DNA from: Octopus bimaculoides | Taxonomy: Eukaryota | Assembly: GCF_001194135.2 (NCBI RefSeq) | Contig: NC_068994.1 | Location: 51,863,969 to 51,927,968 of the forward strand | Direction: 5' to 3' | DNA length: 64,000 nt | Part shown: one piece after another, positions 12,126 to 51,849 of the stretch | Position numbering within the stretch: position 1 is the stretch's first letter | Layout: each line of letters begins with the position of its first letter | Made by a program: the position numbers and the translations under genes | Notes under the pieces: model-generated | Database searches by the model: none | Seen by the model: the letters and a program-made list of their open reading frames with translations, nothing else | Told to the model about the DNA's origin: nothing

Positions 12126-13679
12126 TATATATGTATGTATATATATATACACCCACACAGAAAAGCAATGTTAAAAGTATTATTGCTGTCAATTTAATTT
12201 AAGCCAATATTAATTAATTCAGTGAAAGAAGGTAGCAAGCTGGCAAACTGGTTAGTGTGCTGAACAAAATGCTTTGCGGGTTTTTTGTCCGTCTTCACAT
12301 TCTGAGTTCAAATCCTATTGAGGTCAACTTTGCCTTTCATCNNNNNNNNNNNNNNNNNNNNNNNNNNNNNNNNNNNNNNNNNNNNNNNNNNNNNNNNNNN
12401 NNNNNNNNNNNNNNNNNNNNNNNNNNNNNNNNNNNNNNNNNNNNNNNNNNNNNNNNNNNNNNNNNNNNNNNNNNNNNNNNNNNNNNNNNNNNNNNNNNNN
12501 NNNNNNNNNNNNNNNNNNNNNNNNNNNNNNNNNNNNNNNNNNNNNNNNNNNNNNNNNNNNNNNNNNNNNNNNNNNNNNNNNNNNNNNNNNNNNNNNNNNN
12601 NNNNNNNNNNNNNNNNNNNNNNNNNNNNNNNNNNNNNNNNNNNNNNNNNNNNNNNNNNNNNNNNNNNNNNNNNNNNNNNNNNNNNNNNNNNNNNNNNNNN
12701 NNNNNNNNNNNNNNNNNNNNNNNNNNNNNNNNNNNNNNNNNNNNNNNNNNNNNNNNNNNNNNNNNNNNNNNNNNNNNNNNNNNNNNNNNNNNNNNNNNNN
12801 NNNNNNNNNNNNNNNNNNNNNNNNNNNNNNNNNNNNNNNNNNNNNNNNNNNNNNNNNNNNNNNNNNNNNNNNNNNNNNNNNNNNNNNNNNNNNNNNNNNN
12901 NNNNNNNNNNNNNNNNTGTGTGTGTGTGTGTGTGTGTGTTGGCTTTCTGTCACAACCAGAACTTGGAGTCATTTGTTTCTTTCTGTTTCTCTTTCAATAC
13001 TAACTCGCATTCAAGTTGCCAGTCAATATAGAAAGGTCACGGCAGTAGTAAATTGGCAGAACTATTAGAATGGGGAATACAACACCTTGCTGTGTTTTAA
13101 TTCCAGCTCTTTATGCCCTGGGTTCAAATCCTGCCAAGGTCAATTTTGCCTTTCATTCTTTCAGTGTCTATAAAATACATGTCAAGTACTAGAGCCAGTT
13201 CTCTCTCTCTCTCTTACCTGTAATTCAAAAGATCCAGGCTTATCATGTTATGTCACGCTGTGCCAGTGTAACAGTTATGTTAAGTATATTTGTGTTGGAG
13301 GAGTACTTACCTGCTTATGCCTTCATTCATTTCATGTGTAGGAATTCTGTTGGGCAAAATAATTAAATGCTCGTCATTAACATTAATGAAGAAACCACCA
13401 CCATGTAATAAAGATCTCTTTTTTTTTTTTTTTTTTTTTTTTCATTATTTCTTTTCTTTTCCCTCTTGAGTAACTGGAGTAGCAACTCGAAACAGTCACT
13501 AAATCCTTTTATATATATTTATATCTGTCTATCTATATATATATTTTTAAAGCTCTTCCCTGTTGAGATCTCTCTCTCTCTCTCTCTCTTCCCCCTCCCC
13601 TCCCCTCCACCTTTCTCTGATATCAAAAGTGAAAAATGATTTGAAAGTATTCTGTGAAAAATAGACACTTAACATTAGC

Positions 13680-13712
<33 letters not shown>

Positions 13713-16089
13713 TTGGTACATTTCTAATTCCATGTTATGATGACTCAGCTTCTCTTCCTCCTACACTCCTCATAAGGAAGGAAACCAACCCCTCACCCCA
13801 CTATAATATCAAGTCTTTCATGATGCAGATTCTCTGTAGCTGCCTTTCCCTTCTCCCTGTCTCCAAAATATGCTTCATACATTTATTACAAATGGTTGCT
13901 ACACTAATTTTTTTGTTAATCAACTCTTTGTGGTGCATTCCCTAACTTCTTTTTAAATTTGATGTCATGCTTTTTAGCAGTGTTTTTTTTATTTTTTGTA
14001 CAAAAGAATTTGCTGAACTAATTCAATATCAAAACTAGTAGAAAACGTAGTCGAGTATTCTCGCCACCACCCCACCCCAACTTCCCCACTCACTCACTCT
14101 CTCTCTCTTCATCTCCCTCAGTTTGTTTCGGGAATTGGGAATGAATTTGACTGTAGTTTGACTGCAACACTGTCTAAATAGAGGCAGTTGTAATATTTTC
14201 AGAAATAATTATGTATTGGAAAAATATAAATAAAAAAATATATTATGCATACATATATATATATAATTTTCTCATTTAAAAAAAAAAATTTTTTATTGTA
14301 TCGTAATTAATTATGATGGTTCTGATTGAGAATGTTTTTTTTTTTTTTTTTCCTCTCTTTTTTTTTTCTTTTTTCGAATATTATTTTGGCATTAGAAAGG
14401 ACGTCCAGCCTTAGAAATACATGCCAAAGCAGACACTAGAGTTCGGTACAGCCCTTTGGTTCACCAGATCCTGTCACAGTCCAACCTATGCCAGCACAGA
14501 AAACAGACATTTAGTGATGATTTTGCTTATGTAGTTCTGGCATTTTATTTGTTTTCTTTAGTTTTCAACTTGCAATAGTGATGAAGATAACTTCCAGCAT
14601 TGTGTGATCAATAAGTCATCAGCAAGTAGATTGATGGAAAGTAAAGTCATTTAGAACAGGATTTGATCCCAGATTGTTAAGGATTGACACTATTGTAAGA
14701 TATTTACTCTGGTACTATATTATTTTAGAGACAATATTGTCTACTTGCTTAGCTGCCCAATTACAAATTAGAACGAGGAGTGCTGGTGCCACATAAAGAG
14801 CACCCAGTGCACTGTAAAGTGGCTGGTGTTAGGAAGGGCATCCGGCCCCAGAAACCATACCAAAACAGACAAGGCAACTTCCTGGTTGGTCAACTCCAAT
14901 CAAACCATCCAACCCATGCCAATATGGACATTAAATGAGGAGGAAGAGGATGAATGGGGTGATAGTGGAACTTTTAGATCGGTGTTTATCATAAAGGGGA
15001 GTTGCATGGATTAAAAGGGGGGGACATGTAAATTGCCATGCTTAATAAAATTCTTTCATTGCCATATGTTAAAATATAATGCCATTGTTTCTATTGATTT
15101 TTTTTAAAATAATGGATTTTGTAAAATTATCTTTATTAAAATGGGGTTTGGAACAAATAAAAACAGCATTTTGATGGAATGTTTAAATTCAGGTCACTTT
15201 AAAAATAAGTTTGTATCATAGAACTGAGGTCATCTCAATGGGTTGGCATTAAAATGAGTTTCCAATTTTTCCGTTAACCCTCTCAGCACTGGGCCCCTGT
15301 GTCTAACTTTATCCTCCACCTGGGCTCCTGAGCAAAAGAATAAATAGTTGTCTATACAGCTTGAGGGTAATGACTACATGCAAACTAATGGACAGAATCG
15401 GTTGCATCTTCTTTTTCTATGCTTGTTGTTCATTACCACTTTACTGGGAATCCAGTGTGATGATATTAAGCCTATTCCTGCCAAAGCAGGAACATGGTGT
15501 GACAGGGTTCAAATAGTATTTTGATGGAAGGTTTTAATTCAGATCCTGTTAAAACATGAAAGATTGTCAGAGATGGTTTGATATCCAGTTGCAATGGTTT
15601 CCAAAGTTTTAAACTTACCCAACACTGAAGAAAGAGAAATTTATATTAGATCAAAAAGGGTGATGGGGTGGTAGAATCTTCAGTGTTACGCAGCATGCAT
15701 TGTGGTATTTGTTCCAATTCTTTACTTTCTTAGTTCAAATCCTTCCAAGGTCGGCTGTGCTTTTTCCATCATTACAGGGTTTGATGAAGTATAGTACCAT
15801 TCAAGTACTGGAGTTGATGGTATCAGTTAGCCTCCCCATGGTTTCTGAATTGTTTAATAAGAAAGGAGCCAAACGTTTCATTAGTGTAAGGTAAGATGGC
15901 AAACTGATAAACAGCTTTCCATCAATCTAAATTCTAAGTTAAAATGTCACTGGTGATGACTTTCTATTTCATTCTTCCTGGGTCAATAAAATAATTACCA
16001 GTTAAACATTGTGGTCAATGTCATCAACTTCCTCCTTCCTCTGAAATCACTGGTCTTGTGCCAAAATCTGATGGGTAAGGTGCCATTTG

Positions 16090-16390
16090 TGGAGGCGCAA
16101 TGGCCCAGTGGTTAGGGCAGCGGACTCGCGGTTTCGATTCCTAGACTGGGCGTTGTGTGTGTGTTTATTGAGCGAAAACACCTAAAGCTCTATGAAGCTC
16201 TGGCAGGGGGGTAGGTGGCGACCCCTGGTGTACTCTTTTGCCCCAACTTTCTCTCACTCTTTCTTTCTGTTTCTTGAGTAAAGCTGCGATGGACTGGCAT
16301 CCCGTCCAGCTGGCGGGGAACACATACGCCATAGAAACCAGGCCCATGAGCCTGCTTAGGCTTTAAAAAAGGGCGAAGAGAGAGAGAGAG
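16090..16390 (+). mobile_element. tRNA-derived SINE, family D, with target-site duplication
   Basis: Box A TGGCCCAGTGG, box B GGTTTCGATTCC, GATGGACTGGCATCCCGTCCAG core, (GA)n tail; 11-bp TSD GGTGCCATTTG at 16079-16089 and 16391-16401. Confidence 0.88.
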
Positions 16391-16639
16391 GGTGCCATTT
16401 GGTAGTAGTGGGGGTATTAAATTAGACAATAAATAAATAAAAACTTTTGTTTTTGTCAAGAATGTATGTAGGAAAACTGTGTTATGAAGGATGTTGTTAG
16501 CTCTTGAACCAGAAATAATGTCCGACCCTGTTGGTTTCATTCTCTGCTTGAAATTCATTTCGCTTTTGTCTTGAGAGATGAAAAATTTGACAATATTAGC
16601 ATCTCTATTATATTTCAAGCACTTTGATCTCAACATTTA

Positions 16640-16860
16640 TTTCTTTATTGCCCACAGGGGGCTAAACATAGAGGGGATAGGATAAACAAGGAATTAAGTC
16701 AATTACATCAACTCCAGTGCGTAACTGGTACTTAATTAATCGACACCGAAAGGATGAAAGGCTAAGTCGACCTCGGCGGAATTTGAACTCAGAACGGCAG
16801 ACAAAATACTGCTAAGCATTTCGCCCGGTGTGCTAATGTTTCTGCCAGCTAGCCACCTTA
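16640..16860 (-). mobile_element. tRNA-derived SINE, family A (variant tail)
   Basis: Reverse complement of the copy at 19465-19700. Confidence 0.85.
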
Positions 16861-19464
16861 TTTAATCTCAACATTGACTTATTTCTGGGTGTGAATATAG
16901 TGTCAGACTACATTTGAACAAGAAGTTTTATTTTATCCACAAGTGTCAATGGTCTAATACTTTAGAACAGTGATTGCCAATCGTTTTTTTTTTTTTTTTG
17001 CCTATAGACCCCTTTGATTCTTGTTTTGTTCTACTAGACCCCATGTTAAAAATAATCCTATTATATTTTCATGATTAAATATTAAGAATTGAATAAAAAA
17101 TTTGTTAAATTATTTCTTGTATAATAGAAGTATCACCGATTTATTGCTCATAAACTTTAACAAATTCTTATATACACCCTGGTTTAGAGCATTACTAAAT
17201 TATATGCAATTATATAATTTCTTAGACTAGTAATCTGTTTAGAGAAAAGAAAATTTTCAATATTTATGTCAACACAAAGTTTAGAATGGTTTGATATCTG
17301 ATCATTGAGTGTCATATTCCTGGATAGGTACGCAGTATTAGCTTTACCTTGGACCCCTAGCTCCTGATAAAGTCATAGAGTTGCCCTTATTATATACAGT
17401 GTCTTGCACATTTTTAGATCTGTGTACTATCCTGTCAACACCTTACCCACATTATTAAATAAAAACCATTTCGATTTTATTTATTTATTTTAATGGCCAA
17501 GTGAGAGAACAAAGAGGAAACACCCAGCACAGTTGCCATTTTTAGTGCCCACGTGGTAGTGAGAGGAATGGAGGAGGTTGTATCCTCAAGGAGGAGACCT
17601 TTCTCGAATCTTGCAAGAGAGTGCTCAAAGACAAGATATTTGTATTAGATCAGGTTTTGGATTAAGTCTATGGTTGTATACTGATAAATTTATCTTCAAC
17701 AATGAATGTTTCTACAAACACCTTTGAAACAATGTAGATCACGATTATATTCAGAATTCGATGCGAAAAATATTTCGGAAGGAACAGATCCAGAAGAGTT
17801 TTGGATAATTCACACGAATCAATTTTGTTTTGTCATAACTTTCAGAAAAATGGATATTTGTTAATGAAATTTTTTATAAATACCTTTCAGATAGTGTGGA
17901 TTGTAATTATATAGAAATTTAATGTTGCAAAAAAAAAAAAATAAAAATAATAATAATAAATTAAATAATTAGCGGGTTGGGTGTGCACACACCTACTGAC
18001 ATGCAAAATGAGATTGGTATAACGGGGCAGCGTCTGTGGTCAATCAACGTACTAGAAATAGAAACAAAATTCGGTTGTATTAATAAAGAGGAAGAATTCA
18101 CTGGATAATTTAGTCATTATCTTGGACTATAAAGACAGAAAAGAATGCCTATGATCATAGGTACTTGATCAAGTCTTAATTACCGTTAATTGATTTAAAA
18201 AAGAAACAAAAATTAACAGGTGTAGGCTGTGTGGTAAGAAGTTTGCTTCCCAACCACATGGTTCTGCATTCAGTCACATTGCGTAGAGTCTTGGACAAGT
18301 GTCTCCTACTAAATACTCGGGCCGCCTAAAGCCTTGTGAGTGGATTCAGTAGCCGGAAACTGAAAGAAGCCTGTCATAACAACGATATGACGGAGGTGGG
18401 GGTACAATTACGATTTTTTAATAACTTTTTTAGTTTGAGAAAAAAAAAAAAAAATTACAAATGTTCACTACCTTACAAAAACTATATCAGCTAAGCAAAT
18501 GTCGTTCTCCAAATGCATTTAAAACACAATAAACATTAAGAACATCATTTCAGAAGAATTTTCGCCGTTCTCTTTGAGCAGGGACAAAATGAGTAATTCT
18601 CCAGAATTACATTTGAAAACAGACTCATATGTATCAATATCCATCCTTAGATATCAGAAAGATCAGAAATGCGACAAAAATTTAAGGATTTTAAGGATCA
18701 TGGAAAAATGGCATATGATATAGAATTAACGAAACTCCATTAAGTCAAAAAGTTCGACTTTAAATATTCACTAAAACTTTTGCACGATCTTCTGGAGTGG
18801 CTTTCTTCCCGGTATATATAAGCAACATTCAATTAAAGAGAAGAAATTAGTCATGACTCATTTTACCCCATTTTAGGCATCAGTTTTGAAAATTGAAAAT
18901 GATCAAAGTGTGGAGAAAAATTAACTTGAACTCCAAAAGAGAAAAGAATATTGATTACTAAACACCAAAAATTATCCAGATATTTTATTACCAACCTCAG
19001 TTACAATCGGGTCAAAGTTGAGAAAAAAAGTACCTGTCACCTATGTTTCGAATCTGTTTGAAACTCTCTCAAATTCATCGACAGGTATGTTGATCAATTT
19101 TTACTCTTAGAGTTAATGTAACAGTACAAAATAATGACGGCAAACTTGCAACGTAATGATTTCAAACAAGCAGGTAGAAATTAGCGAGAAATCAGAAATT
19201 ACTCATTTTGCCCCAGTTACTAATTTAAATAACCACGTGTCTGTATGTGTGTGTGTTTGTATCTGTGTTTGTCCTACACTACCGCTTGACGACCGATGCT
19301 GGTTTGTTTATGTCCCCGTAACATAGCCGTTCAGCCAAAGACCGATAAAATAAGCATCAGTCTTAAAAAATTAGATAAGTATTGGGGTCGATTCGTTCGA
19401 CTAAAATTCTTCAAGGCAGCGGTCCATCATGACCGTAGTCCAATGAACGAAATGTAGTCTAACA

Positions 19465-19700
19465 GAGGCGACGAGCTGGCAGAAACGTTAGCACACCGGG
19501 CGAAATTCTTAGCAGTATTTCGTCTGCCGTTACGTTCTGAGTTCAAATTCCGCCGAGGTCGACTTTGCCTTTCATCCTTTCGAGGGTCGATTAAATAAGT
19601 AGCAGTTACGCACTGGAGTCGATGTAATCGACTTAATCCCTTTGTCTGTCCTTGTTTTTCCCCTCTATGTTTAGCCCCTTGTGGGCAATAAAGAAATAAG
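19465..19700 (+). mobile_element. tRNA-derived SINE, family A (young copy)
   Basis: GGCGACGAGCTGGCAGAAACGTTAGCAC...GAGTTCAAATTCCGCCGAGGTCGACTTTGCCTTTCATCCTTTCG; CpGs intact. Confidence 0.9.
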
Positions 19701-19870
19701 AAACGTAGTCTAATAGTACAAACCACAAGATAACCCCGACCCCCCACACATTGTCACTTCGCTTCTCCAGTAAAAAACGTTATATTTGACATTTGAGCTA
19801 GTATGAAAGATTTAACTCCCCTTGATTCTTCCCTCGTGCAATAATAATTCGAACGGCAACATCGAAATCC

Positions 19871-19913
19871 AGCCAATCAGCAATCGCCTTGATTCTGATT
19901 GGCTTATTTTGAA
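19871..19913 (+). promoter_or_regulatory. KIF11 proximal promoter: inverted CCAAT-box pair plus CHR-like TTTGAA
   Basis: AGCCAATCAG (19871-19880) and its exact reverse complement CTGATTGGCT (19895-19904), then TTTGAA (19908-19913), about 140 nt before the KIF11 ATG in a CpG-retaining stretch. Confidence 0.6.
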
Positions 19914-20052
19914 ATTGTACAAAATACGAAAAATTTAAATCCCACAAGGCAAACGGAGCTGAAATCTCTGCCTTTTTGTTGACTTATTACTGTTATTGTG
20001 CGTGTGTGATTGTTTGTTGAAAGTTATTTACTGTACGACAGTAGTGAAAAAA

Positions 20053-46700
<26,648 letters not shown>

Positions 46701-48971
46701 NNNNNNNNNNNNNNNNNNNNNNNNNNNNNNNNNNNNNNNNNNNNNNNNNNNNNNNNNNNNNNNNNNNNNNNNNNNNNNNNNNNNNNNNNNNNNNNNNNNN
46801 NNNNNNNNNNNNNNNNNNNNNNNNNNNNNNNNNNNNNNNNNNNNNNNNNNNNNNNNNNNNNNNNNNNNNNNNNNNNNNNNNNNNNNNNNNNNNNNNNNNN
46901 NNNNNNNNNNNNNNNNNNNNNNNNNNNNNNNNNNNNNNNNNNNNNNNNNNNNNNNNNNNNNNNNNNNNNNNNNNNNNNNNNNNNNNNNNNNNNNNNNNNN
47001 NNNNNNNNNNNNNNNNNNNNNNNNNNNNNNNNNNNNNNNNNNNNNNNNNNNNNNNNNNNNNNNNNNNNNNNNNNNNNNNNNNNNNNNNNNNNNNNNNNNN
47101 NNNNNNNNNNNNNNNNNNNNNNNNNNNNNNNNNNNNNNNNNNNNNNNNNNNNNNNNNNNNNNNNNNNNNNNNNNNNNNNNNNNNNNNNNNNNNNNNNNNN
47201 NNNNNNNNNNNNNNNNNNNNNNNNNNNNNNNNNNNNNNNNNNNNNNNNNNNNNNNNNNNNNNNNNNNNNNNNNNNNNNNNNNNNNNNNNNNNNNNNNNNN
47301 NNNNNNNNNNNNNNNNNNNNNNNNNNNNNNNNNNNNNNNNNNNNTTTTGTGTTTTGGATTGTTTTGTTTCTGCTTTGTCTCCCCCTGTGGCACAGTTTGG
47401 ATCTGCTCTTTGCATTTATTTCTGAATCAGTGCAAATTTTTCTTTTTTTTTTCTTTCTTTTTTTTTTTGCTATTATGTGAGGGTAAGGAAAGAATACACA
47501 CTGCCAATTCTAATTTTAAAATGAAATGGGAATTAAAAAAAAAATTAAACTGGAACAAATTTAATTTACAAACAAGAACCGCATCAACTGATTTTAACAC
47601 GGGCAGAAAATACTCTGCTGTTTTTATTTTAAAAATGTTGAATTGTATATGTGCATTTTCAATTTTCAGAAGTGTGCTTACATTTCATATTCTGTTGTAT
47701 AAATCATTACCATTTGATGTCTTTCTCTCTCTCTATCTCTCTCTCTCTCTCAACTCTGTCGTTCTGTTTGTCTAACTCTCTCTGTCTCTTTTACTCTCAT
47801 CTTTTTGTTCTTCTCGCATTCAGTTTTCTACATTAACCTCTCTCACTCTCTCTCACACACACTTTCTTTCTCTCACATGCTCACACACCCTCTCTCTCTC
47901 TCTCTCTTGCTCTCAGCTTCTTAAAATCTTCTTTCCACATACATTGCAAACACATTTTCCATATATTTCTACTTCTCCCGTCTCTTCATTTACTACTACT
48001 ACTTTCTTTAAATTCTGTTTTTCTATCCCTTTTTTCCCATTCCATTCATTCAATAAATCTCCACTTCAACATAATGTATTTTATATCTACACACACATGT
48101 ACATATATATATATATTATGCACATACTGTTATACATACTCATCTACACACACACATTATTATTTCTCCTCTCCTCTGACTAACTTTAATAAATCACAAG
48201 CGATATTTTCTTTGTTAGTAATTGGTTTCTTCCCATTTATCGTAATAATACACTTCAAAATCTCCATTAATTGTTCTGACCTCTCTCGGTCACTGTTAAT
48301 ATTAATTTAACAACTAAAGCACTGAGCCGGCACACTTGTTAGCAAGCCAGGCAGAATGCTTTAGCAACATTACATCTGTCTTTGTGTTCTGAGTTCAAAT
48401 CCCACTGAGGTCGACTTTGCCTTTTGTCCTTTCAAGGTTGATAAAGTAAGTACCAGTTGAATACTGGGGTTGATGTGATTGACTTATCCTTCCCTTGAAA
48501 TTACTGGCCTTGTGCCAACATTTGAAACCAATATTGATTTTAACTGGCCATATCCAGTCCAGATATTTTACCTGTTTTATGCTCAAACTGGTCAGGTCTG
48601 ACCTCTCACACCTACCCTACAATAATGCATGACTAATTCAAAACAATGTGAATAAATAACCAATACTTTTGACAAAATAATGTTGAATACTAAGGGTTTA
48701 ACAAACTCCTTAAGTAATTTGCTAATTAGCAACTTACTTTGTTGAATATTAATATTTTCACATCCAACCTCCTTTCTTTCTTTCCTGTTTCTCTTTTACT
48801 TTTTTAGAAGTAATTAATGATAATAAGAGGATTTCTTATCTAATATTTAAGGATATTAACTGAATTAATAACATTGTAGTTTCCTTTACTTTTCCACTGT
48901 TATTTAGAAAGGGTTGATTTGTTGCAGCATCCTATTTGTGCCTTATACTTATGATATAAGGTATATTGCCT

Positions 48972-49335
48972 CAGTCACTTGTCATCTCGGTGAGGCCCAG
49001 TGTCTGAAGATCGCTTCTCACCACTTCGTCCCACGTCTTCATGGGTCTACCTCTTCCACATGTTCCCTCCACAATTAGAGATCAACACTTCTTGAAGCAG
49101 CTGTTCTCATCCATACGCATCACATGACCATACCATACAAGATGCCTCTTATACCCAGTCTTCCTCTTAAGTCATTTACACTCTGTCATATGTGCACAAC
49201 TCATATTACCCATCCAGCGGAGCATGCTTGCTTCATTTCTTTCAAGCCTTTGCATATCCTCTGTAGTCACAGCCCATGTTTCACTGCCATGTGGCATAGC
49301 TGTACGTACACAGGCTCCATACAGTCTGCCTTTCA
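48972..49335 (-). mobile_element. RTE-clade LINE ORF2 C-terminal fragment (degenerate)
   Basis: VKGRLYGACVRTAMPHGSETW...ERNEASMLRWM...WYGHVMRMDE...GRGRPMKTWDEVV, with stops. Confidence 0.88.
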
Positions 49336-50164
49336 CTCAGAAGGAGAGGCGCTCTGTTACTAACAGACAACTGGAGCCTGGACAGCTCTCCAGTTGACCA
49401 GCTCCTGTCAAAACTGTCCAATCCATGCCAGCATGGAAAACGGACGTTAAACGATGGTGTTGATTGAGGTGAGCTCTGAATCTGGGATTTGATTTTTCAT
49501 TCCTGGTTGAAGTTATTTCACTTGGCATATATACGTTGAATACCTTATGGAAAGGCATGAACGCCACATATTTGCTTCGCTTTTGTCTTCCCAAATTTAG
49601 TCTTTGTTTTTGTGCATCGTTAAAACGCGAATGGAGGAAAAGAGGCAACGAAAGAAAACTACTGAGATCGTTAGTTAACCAAAATTGCCGGTTCAGTTGG
49701 AGAAGGAATGAACGTTGCCACATTACAATTCATTTTTTCTATATGCTGAGGTATTATATTTAATTGTTGGAGAGGATGAAAGAAAATGAAAAAGAAAAAA
49801 AATCAATATTATTATTATTCCGCCTGATGAATTCTGTTAATGTTTCTAGAGACAGTCATGATTGCTGCTACATCTCATTATCATTTGTCTGTTAATAAAA
49901 CATGGAGTTTTAATCAAAGCAATTTAATTGCTTAACTAAATTTTTCACTTTTAGAAAATCATAAACAATCTGTATGGAAGAAAAGTAAAGAACTTGTTAT
50001 TTAAACAATTCAAATTTGATATGGTGCTTATTTCTTAAATGTAAACTTATTGCATTGTTAAATTATGAACTGAACAATTAAAAATTTTCTTTATCGTCTA
50101 AATGTCTTTCATCTTTGCTTATTAAAAGTTTCATAAAATTTAATTTCAAGCTAGAAGCAGTTCT

Positions 50165-50660
50165 GAGTGAGATCGTTGCCAGTGCCGCCCCTGGACTGGC
50201 TCTTGTGCAGGTGGCACGTAAAATACTCCATTTTGAGCGTGGCCGTTGCCAGTAAGACATTCGAGCGAGATCGTTGCCAGTGCCGCTGGACTGGCTCCTG
50301 TGCAGGTGGCACGTAAAATACACCATTTTGAGCGTGGCCGTTGCCAGTAAGACATTCGAGCGAGATCGTTGCCAGTGCCCCTGGATTGGCTCCTGTGCAG
50401 GTGGCACGTAAAATACTCCATTTGGAGTGTGGCCGTTGCCAGTAAGACATTCGAGCGAGATCGTTGCCAGTGCCGCTGGACTGGCTCCTGTGCAGGTGGC
50501 ACGTAAAATACACCATTTCGAGCATGGCCGTCGCCAGTACCCGCCTGACTGGCCCTCGTGCCGATAGCACATAAAAGCACCCACTACACTCTCAGAGTGG
50601 TTGGCGTTAGGAAGGGCATCCAGCTGTAGAAACTCTGCCAAATCAGATTGGAGCCTGGTG
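50165..50660 (+). mobile_element. RTE LINE 3'UTR with four ~95-bp tandem units
   Basis: GAGATCGTTGCCAGTG starts at 50169, 50267, 50362 and 50457, followed by AAAAGCACCCACTACACTCTC..AGGAAGGGCATCCAGCTG. Confidence 0.88.
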
Positions 50661-50949
50661 TCGCATTTGTAGCCCTCGCATGGTATCCACCTTTATGGAG
50701 TTTCTGCCGGACAGTTTTGGTTGATACAGGGTTGACAGTGGTTTAGTTCTAATGTTACTTTTGGTGCCATAATTTAATGGTTTTTAGACATAATGCTTTA
50801 CATTATTCTGCAGTTTCTCTGTTTGAGCGTTGTCTTTCGTCTAGAATTTGTTATATCGCCAATAGAAAAAAAAAAAAAATAGCCAAAGAAAAAGTGGTAT
50901 TCCCTTTATTTTGTCCGATTCCTGTATGTATACATACAAACCAGTTACT

Positions 50950-51595
50950 TGATTAACTATTTCAATTAATACAGAAAGCAGACATATATGCCCAACACAA
51001 TACGATCCAAACAGTCTAATCTGAGATATAATACCACAAAGTAATCGATAAATATTTAGAAATCTGTCAAAATGTTTAGAGCTGTAATACGAGTCTGTGC
51101 GATCAAAGACTGGTAATTTGCTATCGCACAAGAGACACGGAATCAAGGTCAGATGGTGGCAGCATTTTAGCGATATCTTGAACCATGAGGCCGTAGTAAC
51201 GCCAGCAGTAATTTGAAGGACTTACGCAGGTACCTGTGATCCTCTAACTTGATAATCCACCTATTAATGATGAAATAATGGTAGATGTTAAATTGATGAA
51301 TACCGACAAAGTCCCCAGGAACGTTGATATTGTTATTGAACTGGTTCAGAAAGGTGATACTGGGGTTTTTATCGACTGTATTTCGCAGTCGGGTCAAAGA
51401 CGAAACTCTACAAGAGTGGAAAGATGACATTCTCGTTTCTTTCTTTAAAAAAAGAGTCAAAAGATGCGTGTGTTAACTACCGTGGGATCTCCCTATTGCC
51501 AATTGTTCGCTAAATCTTTGCAAGGATACTTCTCAATCGGGAGCTGGACCATGTAGTACCAGACATTCTCCGTAAGGCAATGTGGTTTCTTTGTT
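50950..51595 (+). mobile_element. Old RTE-clade LINE fragment (pre-RT / RT start)
   Basis: RWWQHFSDILN, EWKDDILVSFFKK, NYRGISLLPI, IFARILLNR, QCGF recognisable through frameshifts. Confidence 0.8.
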
Positions 51596-51849
51596 AGAAA
51601 CCAGCTCCTTTTCCAGAGGAAGAATTCAAATAATTAAAAACAGAAGAGAACGCGGACACACGCATGCACGCGCGCGCACATACGAGAGGTACAGAGTTCG
51701 TTTCTCTGTAGTGGCTTGCTGGCCACGTTTTCCCCGTCTTACAAGGGTATCTTGACCAACTATTCTAAACTGTATTCACAGCTATTCTCCTGCGTCCGAG
51801 ATTTCCTTAATTTCTAATATATATATTAAAACAAAAAGTTAAAATTCCA

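Noticed and set aside
50078-50641. Three overlapping minus-strand ORFs with repeated Cys-containing peptides
   Set aside because: Translation of the antisense RTE 3'UTR tandem array; the 95-bp period shifts frame each unit.
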